Below, in pieces: positions 49,868 to 59,940 of a stretch of DNA of 59,990 bases. The stretch is from an uncultured archaeon (GTDB lineage: Archaea > Asgardarchaeota > Heimdallarchaeia > Heimdallarchaeales > Heimdallarchaeaceae). Below the pieces are notes generated by a model. That model searched no databases, was not told where the DNA came from, and saw only the letters and a list, made by a program, of their open reading frames with translations. The stretch's first letter is position 1; the number at the start of each line of letters is the position of its first letter. The DNA lies in the NCBI GenBank assembly GCA_964534625.1, contig CAZHRF010000015.1, positions 1 to 59,990 of the forward strand, read 5' to 3'. The position numbers and the translations under genes are program-made.

Positions 49868-50905
49868 TCATTTATCTTTTTCTAACTGGTTTACAATTTT
49901 TTTAGCCAAATATTTTCCACTGAGAAAGGCATCTACAACACCTTTTCCTTGAAAAAAGTCTCCACAAAAACCTACATACTTATGTTTGTCAAAAATAGAT
50001 GATTTGGAGAGTTTTTTTCGAACAATAGCATATCTCCAAAGATGGACACTATGATATTCAGGTTGTAAATTAGCTAGATTCGTAACAGTTTGGAAAGATT
50101 TTAACATTTCATCCTTTATCAATATAGATCCTTTATTTACATGGGTTTTTGACCATTCTTCACTAGCATGGACAGTCCATGCTTCGCGCATTGGTCTTTT
50201 TGGTTTGCTATTATTCCTTGCTATCCAACGTATCTTGTTATCCTGAACAAACGCTGCATCAAATGGCAAGGCTAATCGGTCATTAAAACCCAACAATAAT
50301 ACCCAGCGAGGTGTTATTTCAACATTTTTTAGAGAATGAACATATTTTTCTAGTCCACTTATATTTGATTTGTTGATTAAATCTATAGCTTGTGGGGCTG
50401 GGATTGCAATAACAATTAAATCAGCAATACCAACTTGTTTTTGAGTTTCATCTATCAATACCCATCCTTGGCTATTTTTGTCTCTCTTTATGGAACCTAT
50501 TTTTGTTTGATATACCATTTTAACAGATGAATCAATTTTCTGAAGCAAACTTTTGGGAATACTATTCATAGCAGGTGATCCAACAAAGACTTCTCTATTG
50601 GTGAACGTTGGTGTAAACATACCCGTCTCTGGATCAATTTCACCAATATTACCCCTCCAGAGTGATATAATATCTTTTTTTAGCCATTCCAATCTTTTTA
50701 CTGCATTCTCAAATTCTTTGTTAGTCATACCAAAATACTGCGCACCATGATCAAAATGATATCCTTTTGCTCTTCTATTTGCCATCCTTCCCCCTATTCC
50801 CCTACTCTTTTCATATATGGTAATTTTGTTAATTCCATGTTTAGTTAAGTGATAGGCGCAACTTATTCCAGCCATTCCTGCTCCAATAATAGCTACATCT
50901 GTCAT
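49868..50905 (-). CDS. Renalase-like FAD-dependent oxidoreductase
   Basis: GAGMAG, EKSRGIGGRMA.RR, FDHGAQYF, H.WRYA, CGD. Confidence 0.9.
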   Translation of the reverse strand: MTDVAIIGAGMAGISCAYHLTKHGINKITIYEKSRGIGGRMANRRAKGYHFDHGAQYFGMTNKEFENAVKRLEWLKKDIISLWRGNIGEIDPETGMFTPTFTNREVFVGSPAMNSIPKSLLQKIDSSVKMVYQTKIGSIKRDKNSQGWVLIDETQKQVGIADLIVIAIPAPQAIDLINKSNISGLEKYVHSLKNVEITPRWVLLLGFNDRLALPFDAAFVQDNKIRWIARNNSKPKRPMREAWTVHASEEWSKTHVNKGSILIKDEMLKSFQTVTNLANLQPEYHSVHLWRYAIVRKKLSKSSIFDKHKYVGFCGDFFQGKGVVDAFLSGKYLAKKIVNQLEKDK

Positions 50906-51118
50906 AGTTCAATCACCAAGATATATTAAAAATAAGTTCTTAAATAGTTATTTAATTTACCTTAGAAAAAAAGGAAATAAACATTGTTTAGTGGGATGGT
51001 AAAGAATTAGCTAGTTACATTACTCAACACTGATTTTTTCTAATTTTGTTTATTTCAATTACAAACTTTTATTAATTGTTTTGGAATGTACTAGATTGAA
51101 ACAACAAAGGCTTATACA

Positions 51119-51646
51119 ATGTCGTTATATGATAAAATACATTTTAAGATGATTAGTTTCATGCATGATACACTTTATGGTTTATTCGTTGACGCTGATA
51201 AAATGCTTAACGATTCAGGTCTTGATAAAGGTCAAACAGTTTTAGAAGTTGGTTGTGGGCCTGGTCATTTTACTATTCCAGCAGCCAATATTGTCGGAAA
51301 TAATGGAAAAATTATTGCTATTGATCTTAACCCTTTTGCTATTAAAAAGGTACAAGAGAAACTTTCCAAACAAGATATTACTAATGTCGAATTAAAAAAG
51401 ATTGATGCCCAAGAAACAAACTTAGAAGATAACAGTATCGATTTAATATTTGTTTTTGGCGTGCTACATTATCTTGATTTAGATAAAGCTCTACCTGAAT
51501 TTCATAGACTCTTGAAACAAAAAGGTACACTTATTGTTCAAAAATCTCGCAAAGCAAAGAAAGTTTTACTAGAAGCAGCTAAACGCGGTAATCTTTTCAA
51601 GAAAAAGGATCAAAAAACAAGAGTAATAATTTTCGAAAAAAACTGA
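51119..51646 (+). CDS. Class I SAM-dependent methyltransferase
   Basis: VLEVGCGPG, IAID, SIDLIF, RLLK.KG. Confidence 0.9.
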   Translation: MSLYDKIHFKMISFMHDTLYGLFVDADKMLNDSGLDKGQTVLEVGCGPGHFTIPAANIVGNNGKIIAIDLNPFAIKKVQEKLSKQDITNVELKKIDAQETNLEDNSIDLIFVFGVLHYLDLDKALPEFHRLLKQKGTLIVQKSRKAKKVLLEAAKRGNLFKKKDQKTRVIIFEKN

Positions 51647-51665
51647 AAATTCCCAATGACCAATT

Positions 51666-52625
51666 TCATTTTTTCTTTAAATTGTTTAAAATTAAGTTAA
51701 CTTTTTTTTCCGCAAGACCTATTTTAGCTATAGTACCCGATAAAAACTCAACATAATCTTTCTCTATTCCATCACTGAAGATCACCCCTTGGTCTGACAT
51801 ATGAGATTCTATTTCCAAAGTTTCGTTCTTGTATAATTTTCCATAAACTAGAGAGGAACCACTAATTTTACTTGGCCAAGGCTCTCTAACTACGAAATAG
51901 AGAAAGTTAGCATCCCACGGGAATCGGTAATCTTTTTCATTAGGTGCTTCAATTTTATACTGTGTGTGATACCCATTTACAATCCTTGCTGCTCCATATA
52001 CAACTGCTTTCAACCAGCCTGTTGAACCTACCCCTGTTGAAATAATGATCCCGCTTGAGCTTTGTTTTTCAGTTTTACCTCTATATGTAACAGAATATCT
52101 TGCAGACATGTGCGAGCTATGACCAATAAAAATATCATTAATGCCTATGACTTTTTGATTTGTTGATAGTTCTGCTTGAGCTAAAGACATTTTTTTTATA
52201 GCTTCCTCATCATCAAGTATTTTTTTAAGCTGAGGATTAAAATCCTCTAATGAGAAAGGTATCAATATCCCATCTATACGCTTAGGATCAGGGTTAACAG
52301 CCAATAACAATTGATCATCAAGATATTTAGCTGTATTAATAACAAGGCCATCTTGACCAATAGTCACAACAAGGTCATTTGGTCCAAAAAGAAAGTTGGG
52401 TAAAAACTCTCTTTCTACAACTTGAGAATTGATAGTATAGGGTATGCTCTTTTTTAATCGAGCAAGTGATTCATGATATGCTTTATGAGCTAACTCGTAT
52501 TCCTCAAAATTTCCACCCATTGATTCGATGTAAAATTTTGCTTGGCTCTTTGTATTATACTTCTGTATTAACTCTTCGAGCCAGGTTTTTTTCGTCACCA
52601 CTACGATATTATCAATTTTAGCCAT
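51666..52625 (-). CDS. NAD-kinase-like (sugar/NAD kinase fold) protein
   Basis: GQDGL, NDIFIG, QSSSG, STG.GSTGW, VREP, FSDG. Confidence 0.8.
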   Translation of the reverse strand: MAKIDNIVVVTKKTWLEELIQKYNTKSQAKFYIESMGGNFEEYELAHKAYHESLARLKKSIPYTINSQVVEREFLPNFLFGPNDLVVTIGQDGLVINTAKYLDDQLLLAVNPDPKRIDGILIPFSLEDFNPQLKKILDDEEAIKKMSLAQAELSTNQKVIGINDIFIGHSSHMSARYSVTYRGKTEKQSSSGIIISTGVGSTGWLKAVVYGAARIVNGYHTQYKIEAPNEKDYRFPWDANFLYFVVREPWPSKISGSSLVYGKLYKNETLEIESHMSDQGVIFSDGIEKDYVEFLSGTIAKIGLAEKKVNLILNNLKKK

Positions 52626-52634
52626 TTTTCGTCC

Positions 52635-53504
52635 CTATTTACCTTTCTTTAAGAGCTGAGAAAGTATTTCAGAAGTAATGGTCAAATCACCTATTTTTTC
52701 TGCATTTTTGGCAAGCTCTTTTATCGCATAGGCTAATAACCTATCAGGTTCAAATTGATCATAATTCGCTATAGTTTTGGCTTCAGCTTGTGCTTTAAAT
52801 CCTGCTTCCGCTAGCAGATTATCGCCAGTTAGTTCTATAAGATGTTTCTTTTTCTCTTCTAAAGTTATCTGAGTTTGTAATTGATTTTCTTTGATTTTAC
52901 TTTCTTGTTCTACTGCTGCAGCTCGTCTAGCATAAATTGCTTCATCTGCTTTTCTTTGTAAGGCTTCTCTATATTCTGCTTCCAAAGCTTTAGAAATTTC
53001 AGGCGTGGGTTTGATGTTAGTGAAAGTGCACGATAGGACATCGATACCCATTTCTTGCAATATATGTGCATCATTAGCTTGTTCCATAACTTTCGTTGCT
53101 AATTCTTCAGCCACAAACAAAGAATCTTTCAGTTTCATCCCCATTATTTCTTTTTTAACTATCCGTTGGACAACATTTTTTATTCTAAGTTCTAATTTCT
53201 CAGGATCTTCTGAGAGATATTGACCATTCATCGGATCAATACTGAAATCCAATATTTGTGAAATTTTGACAGGATCATTTATCTTGTAGGTTAGGTGTCC
53301 TTGAAGAGTAATGTCTTGAAAATTAGCTGTTACTTCGCTGAAAATGAAATTTGCATCTGTGGTAGTCCTAGGGATAGCTACAATATTTACAAAGTTTTTC
53401 AGATAAAAAAAGCCTATACCTACGCCTTTTCGCTTGATATTTCCCCCTCTATATTTTATGACGAACCTGCTTGGTTCTCCTTTATAGTAACCCATATTTA
53501 ACAA
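52635..53504 (-). CDS. SPFH/band-7 domain protein
   Basis: T.NFQ.IT.QG.LTY.I.DP, ALEAEYRE.LQ..AD.A.Y.RR..AVEQE coiled coil. Confidence 0.85.
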   Translation of the reverse strand: MLNMGYYKGEPSRFVIKYRGGNIKRKGVGIGFFYLKNFVNIVAIPRTTTDANFIFSEVTANFQDITLQGHLTYKINDPVKISQILDFSIDPMNGQYLSEDPEKLELRIKNVVQRIVKKEIMGMKLKDSLFVAEELATKVMEQANDAHILQEMGIDVLSCTFTNIKPTPEISKALEAEYREALQRKADEAIYARRAAAVEQESKIKENQLQTQITLEEKKKHLIELTGDNLLAEAGFKAQAEAKTIANYDQFEPDRLLAYAIKELAKNAEKIGDLTITSEILSQLLKKGK

Positions 53505-53676
53505 ACTACATTCTTGCTAACCTTATTTTAATGTTGTCTATTTCTTAATTCACTTTTCTTTAAGTTTGTCTAAAAATGACGAGAAAAAAGAAGTATCGTA
53601 TTATGTCGTTTAACTTCATATATAAGACACTAATCAATCAAGATTTAATTTTGTATTTTTAAAAATCAATATTTGT

Positions 53677-53727
53677 TTTTATTTAAAGTAACACCCAACA
53701 TATTTTATTTAAAGTAACACCCAACAT
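53677..53727. repeat. 25-bp direct repeat x2 (26-bp period)
   Basis: TTTTATTTAAAGTAACACCCAACAT at 53677-53701 and 53703-53727. Confidence 0.85.
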
Positions 53728-54408
53728 TCTGAGAGTTATGGACTTATAATTTATTCAGAAAGAGGAAGGAGTATTGAGAACAACACCATCTACCTAAATA
53801 ACTTCATTGCGAATCAAGGACAAAATTCACAAGGGTATGATGATGGAACAAACAATTTATGGTACAACGGATCACTTGAAAAAGGAAATTATTGGTCAGA
53901 TTGGGAAGGGGAAGAACCATATTATATCGATGGTTCAGCTGCATCTCAAGATATCTATCCTTTAGATGAACCCACCATTGATGATGATATTAAACCTGTT
54001 ATTAGCGATATTAAATATACACCTCAAGAACCTACTGAAGAAGATGAAATAACAATTACTGCTACAGTTACAGATAACCTGGCTGTGAATATTGTAACTT
54101 TATACTATCGTGTCAATGGAAAGACATGGGAAACAGTTAACATGGATTCTGATGGAACCGGATATTCAGCAACTATTGGTACTTTTGAAGCTGACGACAC
54201 TATTGAGTTTTATATTTCTGCAAGTGATCATTTTGATAATATTGTAGAAACTGATGTCTTTTCCTTTGCAATCGGTACTGAAGAGGATAAGTTACCTGAA
54301 ATACCTGAGTTTAATTTTTCATCGGTAGTATTTATCAGTCTAACAATATGTATTATTAGCTTATTGACACACAGATATATCGATAGGAAGAAGAAAATAG
54401 CCCAATAA
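53713..54408 (+). pseudogene. 5'-truncated cell-surface protein (NosD/CASH beta-helix C-terminus + Ig-like domain + TM anchor)
   Basis: Frame is open from 53713 with no plausible start. It reads NNTIYLNNF, GNYWSDW, DIYPL and joins the 54085 ORF, which ends IPEF + TM + RKKK. Confidence 0.75.
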
Positions 54409-54474
54409 ATAGTTTTGAGGTCCTCCCTTTTTAGGGCAAAGGATTTTCTTTTTCCTTTTTTCTGTTTGCTATTA

Positions 54475-55410
54475 TCACTTAATTTTATTTAAAAACTCAC
54501 TAATTTTTTCCTCATACTTTTTATGATGGTGCATTTTAGAATGTCCCGAAAAAGGAACAAGCCAAGAATGAAATGTTTCTCTAGAACTCATTAACTCGAC
54601 TATTTTATTATAATGCTCCTCATACTTAAATAAACGATCTTTTTTTCCGTGTATTAAAAATAGAGGAATAGAAACTTTAGTAATATCATAGTCAAGATCC
54701 ATATCTTTTAATTGTCTCCAAGCTATTTTTTTTGAGATAATTTCAATCCCAGGGAATAAAAATGAAGGCAATCTTAGATACCTTTGTAATTCTTTATACA
54801 TATTATCAAAATTATACGCAACAGCCTCACAAATTATAGCTTTACACAAATTAGGCTTTTGTTGTCCTATTATTACAGCAGCTATTCCTCCCATTGAAAC
54901 TCCGTGTACTACTGGATCTCTGAGTTTTAACGTTTTAATAATATTAATTGTTTCAATCGCATATCTATAACCACTAGGGAAAAGCAAATTTGAACTCTTT
55001 CCATGTCCTAGGTTGTCAATAAAAATAATAGTATATCCTTTGTTGTAGTAGATCTGAGCTCTCTTATCTAAAGTGGCACTGTTTCTTGTAAATCCATGAA
55101 GGAGAATGACTGTAGAGTTTTCTGCATTTGTAGATGTACTGTTCTGTTTTCTTTTCTCTACTTCCCAATAAGCTATCTTTTTACTTTTATCTAACGCAGA
55201 TGGAATGTAATTTAATGTAACAGCCATACTAAAATTATGCTTTTTAAAACGTCGCATTGGGATAATGTTGCTATTTAAAAAGAAAAATGCTATTAAATAA
55301 AGTATCAAGTAACAAACCAGAATTAGGAGGAGTATTGTGAGTATCACAAGATTATTTGAATAAGGGTTATTAATATTTAACGCAAAATGTAAATGTATAA
55401 TACAACCCAT
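54475..55410 (-). CDS. Membrane-anchored alpha/beta hydrolase
   Basis: LLHGF, D..GHG.S, GVSMGG, HG.KD, GH. Confidence 0.88.
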   Translation of the reverse strand: MGCIIHLHFALNINNPYSNNLVILTILLLILVCYLILYLIAFFFLNSNIIPMRRFKKHNFSMAVTLNYIPSALDKSKKIAYWEVEKRKQNSTSTNAENSTVILLHGFTRNSATLDKRAQIYYNKGYTIIFIDNLGHGKSSNLLFPSGYRYAIETINIIKTLKLRDPVVHGVSMGGIAAVIIGQQKPNLCKAIICEAVAYNFDNMYKELQRYLRLPSFLFPGIEIISKKIAWRQLKDMDLDYDITKVSIPLFLIHGKKDRLFKYEEHYNKIVELMSSRETFHSWLVPFSGHSKMHHHKKYEEKISEFLNKIK

Positions 55411-55514
55411 GGTTTTTTCCCTCTAATGAGAAAATAGGTATTATTTATTTCCTTAATAAGTCAAATTTAGTACTAAAATTACGTTTATAAATAATTTAAC
55501 ATTTTAATAATCTA

Positions 55515-56183
55515 ATGGATGCGCAGACGCCCCTAGGTTTTTGGATTATCAATCATGGAGGTTCGACATTACTAAGTTACACTTCTGAAAGTGAAAAGGT
55601 GGATGAACAGCTTTTTGGAGGTGTTTTATCAGCACTTATGTCTTTTGCTCATTCATTGGGAGAAGACATACACAAAATAGATTTTGGGAAATCCAGTTTG
55701 ATTACTTTCACAATAAAAAATCTTAGAATCGTTTTAATGCTACGAAATCCTTTAAAAGACAAAGAAATCTCTCATTATCAGACACAATTTCTGGGTCTAG
55801 AAGACAGATTTCCTTCTTATTTTAAAGAAGAGATATATTACGAAATAGCTGATACTCCATTCGCTGATGAAATATTTGAGCTATTCGATCTGTCAAAAAA
55901 TGAGCAAAAATCAACTATATTTGTTGATCTTAATGCTATTTTAGTTTCATTTAAAAGAGATAAATTGACTAAAAAAGATGCTGTAGAAGAAATGATAAAG
56001 ATTAGTAAAGGATTAGATATTAATCAAAAAGAGATTAAAAATTTACACCAAAAAATAGGTTATTTAATCAAAAATGGCGGTTTTAACGAAGAAGACAAAA
56101 AAATATTTGGTGAGTTAATGGAAGATTATCAAACAGGATTACTTAAAGCACTAAGTAATTTTCAATCAGCATTATTTAGATAA
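55515..56183 (+). CDS. Longin-like domain protein (paralogue of 33498-34154)
   Basis: WIINHGGSTL, DEQLFGGVLSA, ends ALFR. Confidence 0.72.
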   Translation: MDAQTPLGFWIINHGGSTLLSYTSESEKVDEQLFGGVLSALMSFAHSLGEDIHKIDFGKSSLITFTIKNLRIVLMLRNPLKDKEISHYQTQFLGLEDRFPSYFKEEIYYEIADTPFADEIFELFDLSKNEQKSTIFVDLNAILVSFKRDKLTKKDAVEEMIKISKGLDINQKEIKNLHQKIGYLIKNGGFNEEDKKIFGELMEDYQTGLLKALSNFQSALFR

Positions 56184-56203
56184 TAAATAGAGAGTGTGAA
56201 AAA

Positions 56204-56881
56204 ATGTTGTTATTATATAAATTAGATAACTTTATCCTTTGGGAAGCAATTTTATTTTCATTTGGATCTATTGTTACTTTGGGAATTGGAATTTATTATT
56301 TGCATAGATATAAAAACACTAAATCACTATTAACTTTACAATGGGGATTAGGTTTCTTCATTTTAGGATTTGGACTTTTTATAAACACAATTTTCGTAGA
56401 TTTCTTTGAAGTATTTGAATATGAAGTGGAAGGGAGAAGGGTATTATTTCAAGATCTTTTCGCTAGAACAGGCCTTCTTATCTTCTTAACATTTTTAGCC
56501 TGGAGCATATTTTCTTTACAATTTTTCAGTAAAGAAGTAGAAAAAGTAGGCTCGAAAATAGTTCTATCAATTGGATCGGTTTGTATTGCCTATCATGTAA
56601 TTGTTACATTATTCTCAATTGATGTTTTTAATTTAGGTCTAATTGTCTTAGTTTTGTATTCTATATTTATACTAGGATTCTTTTTTTATTTCGCATATAA
56701 AACAAAAGATTGGCGGATTGCATTAATATCGATAGGCATGCTAGGTTCAGCTATTGTGAGGATAAGACACATACCATCAATAAGTGAAACAATATTGGCA
56801 CTCATAATCCTTTTTTTGGTTAATATTTCGTATCTGTTAATTGGAATTGGTTTATTATATCCAAAAAAGAAAGAAGCATAA
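56204..56881 (+). CDS. 7TM membrane protein (paralogue of 32833-33471)
   Basis: Seven TM helices; LGIG.YYL.RY, KDWRI, GIGLLYP. Confidence 0.75.
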   Translation: MLLLYKLDNFILWEAILFSFGSIVTLGIGIYYLHRYKNTKSLLTLQWGLGFFILGFGLFINTIFVDFFEVFEYEVEGRRVLFQDLFARTGLLIFLTFLAWSIFSLQFFSKEVEKVGSKIVLSIGSVCIAYHVIVTLFSIDVFNLGLIVLVLYSIFILGFFFYFAYKTKDWRIALISIGMLGSAIVRIRHIPSISETILALIILFLVNISYLLIGIGLLYPKKKEA

Positions 56882-57144
56882 AACATAAAATATGAATGGT
56901 AGATGTGCCTTAATTCTATTCTTTATTATTTTTACGTCTTTTAATCTGTTCAAAGGATTCTTTAAAGGACATCTAAACATGTTTTATTGCTCTTCTGTAG
57001 GATCATTTCATTGTTTTGCAAAAAGGACATTTACATGGTATCTTATTAGAAAGACACCCATATTAGAAAGTCTACCCGTTTAAACCAATTGGTTAAAGGG
57101 ATAGAAAAAGTTTTTACTCTTAATATCATAAGACAATTGGAGGT

Positions 57145-57681
57145 ATGTTGATGGAAAAGAAATTGACATTAACTTATGATGAGTTTTTAGTTACTGATTT
57201 TGGATCCTTCTTTAATTTTACAGAGAAAAAGAGAGAAGGTGACAAAATTTATCTTAAACCTGGTGGTTTTAGTGAACGATTCGTTGATCTTATACTTGTT
57301 ACTAATGCCAATAATATTGTTATCGAAGCATTATTATTAACTGATAGAAATTGGTTGACTAAAGTCGACAATAAACACTTCGCCCTTGACATTATAAGAG
57401 GTTTTATCGAGTCTTTTTTGCCTGATGACGAATATAATGAAAAAGAAAGCATACTGGGAACAATATGGAATGCTAAAGAAAAAACAGAAAATGGTAAGCG
57501 ATCACTTCATCAACCAGAGTATGCAAACATCTATTCTAATGATTATGTGGAAACCATATATACAATAGATGGAGAAATAGAAGAGGTAACGTATAGTTTT
57601 ACAGACGCCCAGATTGTGTTGACCAATATTGTCCTTGACACAAAAGAAGTGCTAAAAATAGTGATAGAGATATACACTTAG
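57145..57681 (+). CDS. Hypothetical protein
   Basis: 178-aa ORF with upstream GGAGGT ribosome-binding site. Confidence 0.7.
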   Translation: MLMEKKLTLTYDEFLVTDFGSFFNFTEKKREGDKIYLKPGGFSERFVDLILVTNANNIVIEALLLTDRNWLTKVDNKHFALDIIRGFIESFLPDDEYNEKESILGTIWNAKEKTENGKRSLHQPEYANIYSNDYVETIYTIDGEIEEVTYSFTDAQIVLTNIVLDTKEVLKIVIEIYT

Positions 57682-57720
57682 ATGGTCATATAGTGATAAT
57701 CGCTGATCTGTTTTTTAAGA

Positions 57721-57795
57721 ATAATAAGTAAGTGTTTCATACCCTATAATAAGTAAGTGTTTCATACCCTATAATAAGTAAGTGTTTCATACCCT
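57721..57795. repeat. Perfect 25-bp tandem repeat x3
   Basis: ATAATAAGTAAGTGTTTCATACCCT, three head-to-tail copies, no spacers. Confidence 0.95.
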
Positions 57796-57906
57796 ATTTA
57801 CATTAAACTAGGAACGAAACGGAGAAACGGCTATGTAATGAAAATCCTTACAGAAACATTTATTTGATGGATATAAAGAATAATTATTAATGGAATAGAG
57901 ATTAGC

Positions 57907-58296
57907 ATGGATAAGCTTTCAAAAACAGAGTTAATGACTGAACTTTTAATGTTACTCGCGCTAGAAAGAAACTATCTGGCAGAAAGAAGGACATTTTTAG
58001 CAGAATTTAGAACAGGATTAGCTCTTGCACTTGTTTCACCATCCATAATAACGCTAATATTTTCATCTTCAATGATACAAGATAATCTCCCTTCGTTAAT
58101 CATTATTGTCGTTTTATTGTTGACACTCACCATCACAGGGGTTGTTATGGTGATTAAAAGCTACGTAAAATTAAGAAAAACAGCTGATAAACAGAAATTA
58201 CTTGACGCCAAAAAGAATCAGCTCATAACAACAAATCCTCGAATTAGGAAAGATTATTATGATGTCATGTTTTTTCAAGTAGATGATAAAATCTGA
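57907..58296 (+). CDS. DUF202-like small membrane protein
   Basis: LA.ERN.LA..RTFLA.FRTGLAL plus two TM helices. Confidence 0.75.
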   Translation: MDKLSKTELMTELLMLLALERNYLAERRTFLAEFRTGLALALVSPSIITLIFSSSMIQDNLPSLIIIVVLLLTLTITGVVMVIKSYVKLRKTADKQKLLDAKKNQLITTNPRIRKDYYDVMFFQVDDKI

Positions 58297-58456
58297 TTCT
58301 TGAACTAAAATTTTACTGGCTAGGATTAATCTGACTAAAAACAATAAAAAGCAAATTATTCCATCAAAATTACAAAGAAAAGGTACACAAATGCTCTTAG
58401 CTGGAAATGGTATAATCGGATAATTTTAAAACATAGAACTACTAATAAATCTTAAA

Positions 58457-59191
58457 ATGGATGACACTACCCGCAGATATGTTTTTATAAACTCAAAGGT
58501 TTTTACAAGTTTGCTTTTAGCTGCTTTAGAAACTTATCCAAAAGAATCTGCTGGGCTATTATTTGGTTATCAGTGCTTGGAGCCAGATAATATCGAGTAT
58601 GAAGTATGGCATGTCGTTCCACATCAACTAGTATATCATCGTGACGAAGATAGTATTGATGAAGACTATAAAGCTTATCTACGAATAAAAGGGCTCCATA
58701 GAAAACTTATTGGGGCATCTATACTAGGTGGTTTTCACTCTCATCCAGATAGCACGCCTATTTTAAGTCATGATGATAAAGAATACATTTTGACTAAACC
58801 ACTCCATAAAATTGAATTGGTTGTCGGAATTAAACCTATTGGAAATGAAGGTGAATATTGGACACTATCTGACGATGATTTGCTTATACAAGGTAGTTTT
58901 CCTATTGGCGATATTGTTTATGATGTTAATATTGCAGGTTATTATGTTATAGGAAAAAAGTTTTACCGTTTAGGATTACGTTGCGGATACATTGAATTAT
59001 TAGATGATCTAACTCAATGGGCTTTTCCTAATCTTGAAACAATAGGCGATTTATACGAACAAGCCAGATTACTTGGGAAAGATGTTTATGATCTTTTTGA
59101 TCTTTTAAGCCAATTAGAAAATAATCTTGATGATCCTGATTCAAAGCGTAAGGAAATAGTTCTTGAAATTAAAGCATTAATTGAAGAATGA
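58457..59191 (+). CDS. JAB1/MPN+ (JAMM) metalloprotease-domain protein
   Basis: PKESAGLLFG ... GGFHSHP...LSHDD complete JAMM motif. Confidence 0.88.
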   Translation: MDDTTRRYVFINSKVFTSLLLAALETYPKESAGLLFGYQCLEPDNIEYEVWHVVPHQLVYHRDEDSIDEDYKAYLRIKGLHRKLIGASILGGFHSHPDSTPILSHDDKEYILTKPLHKIELVVGIKPIGNEGEYWTLSDDDLLIQGSFPIGDIVYDVNIAGYYVIGKKFYRLGLRCGYIELLDDLTQWAFPNLETIGDLYEQARLLGKDVYDLFDLLSQLENNLDDPDSKRKEIVLEIKALIEE

Positions 59192-59317
59192 TCCTCGCTT
59201 CAACAATTGACAAAATAATCTTTTTGGAATGATGAAATCAGTTCTGGTGGAACGTTGTTTGTTTTGTTAAACCAACAAGTATTAATAAATAAAAAGTTAT
59301 AAGTAGAAAATGATACT

Positions 59318-59713
59318 ATGAATGACACACCAGAACCAGAACTCAGTTATTGTGGTATTGAATGTAAAGAATGTTTGGCTTATCTCGCCAAAGTAACTGG
59401 TAACAAAGAATTACAAGAAAAAGCTTCTAAAGTTTGGTCTACCAACGAATTTGAAGTCGACCCCGTCGATGTCCATTGCGATGGCTGTAGGACAGACACA
59501 GGTGATTTATTCAAACATTGTGTTATCTGTGCTGTACGAGAATGTGCCATGGAAAATAATTTTGCTAATTGCGCGTATTGTAATGATTATCCTTGTGATA
59601 AACTTGAAAATCTTTGGAATATGCTCAATGCACCCGACGCAAAAGACAGACTAGATGAGATATGTAATACTCTTACAGGATTAGCAAGAGGCCAAATTTC
59701 TCGCTACAGATAA
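59318..59713 (+). CDS. DUF3795 Cys-rich protein
   Basis: YCG..C..C, C.GC, C..C..R.C, C..C..YPC. Confidence 0.85.
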   Translation: MNDTPEPELSYCGIECKECLAYLAKVTGNKELQEKASKVWSTNEFEVDPVDVHCDGCRTDTGDLFKHCVICAVRECAMENNFANCAYCNDYPCDKLENLWNMLNAPDAKDRLDEICNTLTGLARGQISRYR

Positions 59714-59940
59714 AATAGAAGAGTAAAAAATTCACTTTCCTCTCAAATATTTGCACATTTAGCAACTGTTAATCCCAAGTTAACGTACTCCCTTATAACA
59801 ACGTGAAAATAACGAGAAAAAAGAAGAAAAAATGAGAGAAAAAAGAATACTTCAAATGTTACATCAAGGAAGGTTTGTTATCATTGTATTTCTACATTAG
59901 TTTTTTGCAATAATGCTTCATTTACTGAATAATGCTTCTA

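Noticed and set aside
53510-53640. NrtR operator upstream of the SPFH gene
   Set aside because: GTC...GAC spacing does not fit GT-N7-AC, and no NrtR gene is present
57721-57795. CRISPR array
   Set aside because: Units are head-to-tail with no spacers, and there are no cas genes in the window
59229-59260. Second C/D sRNA (ATGATGA)
   Set aside because: No box D or terminal stem at a suitable distance
1173-59654. Numerous short antisense or overlapping ORFs in the ORF track (e.g. 6938-7381, 17259-17693, 41011-41517, 41551-42042, 13433-13671)
   Set aside because: Shadows of well-supported genes or of non-coding elements; no motifs
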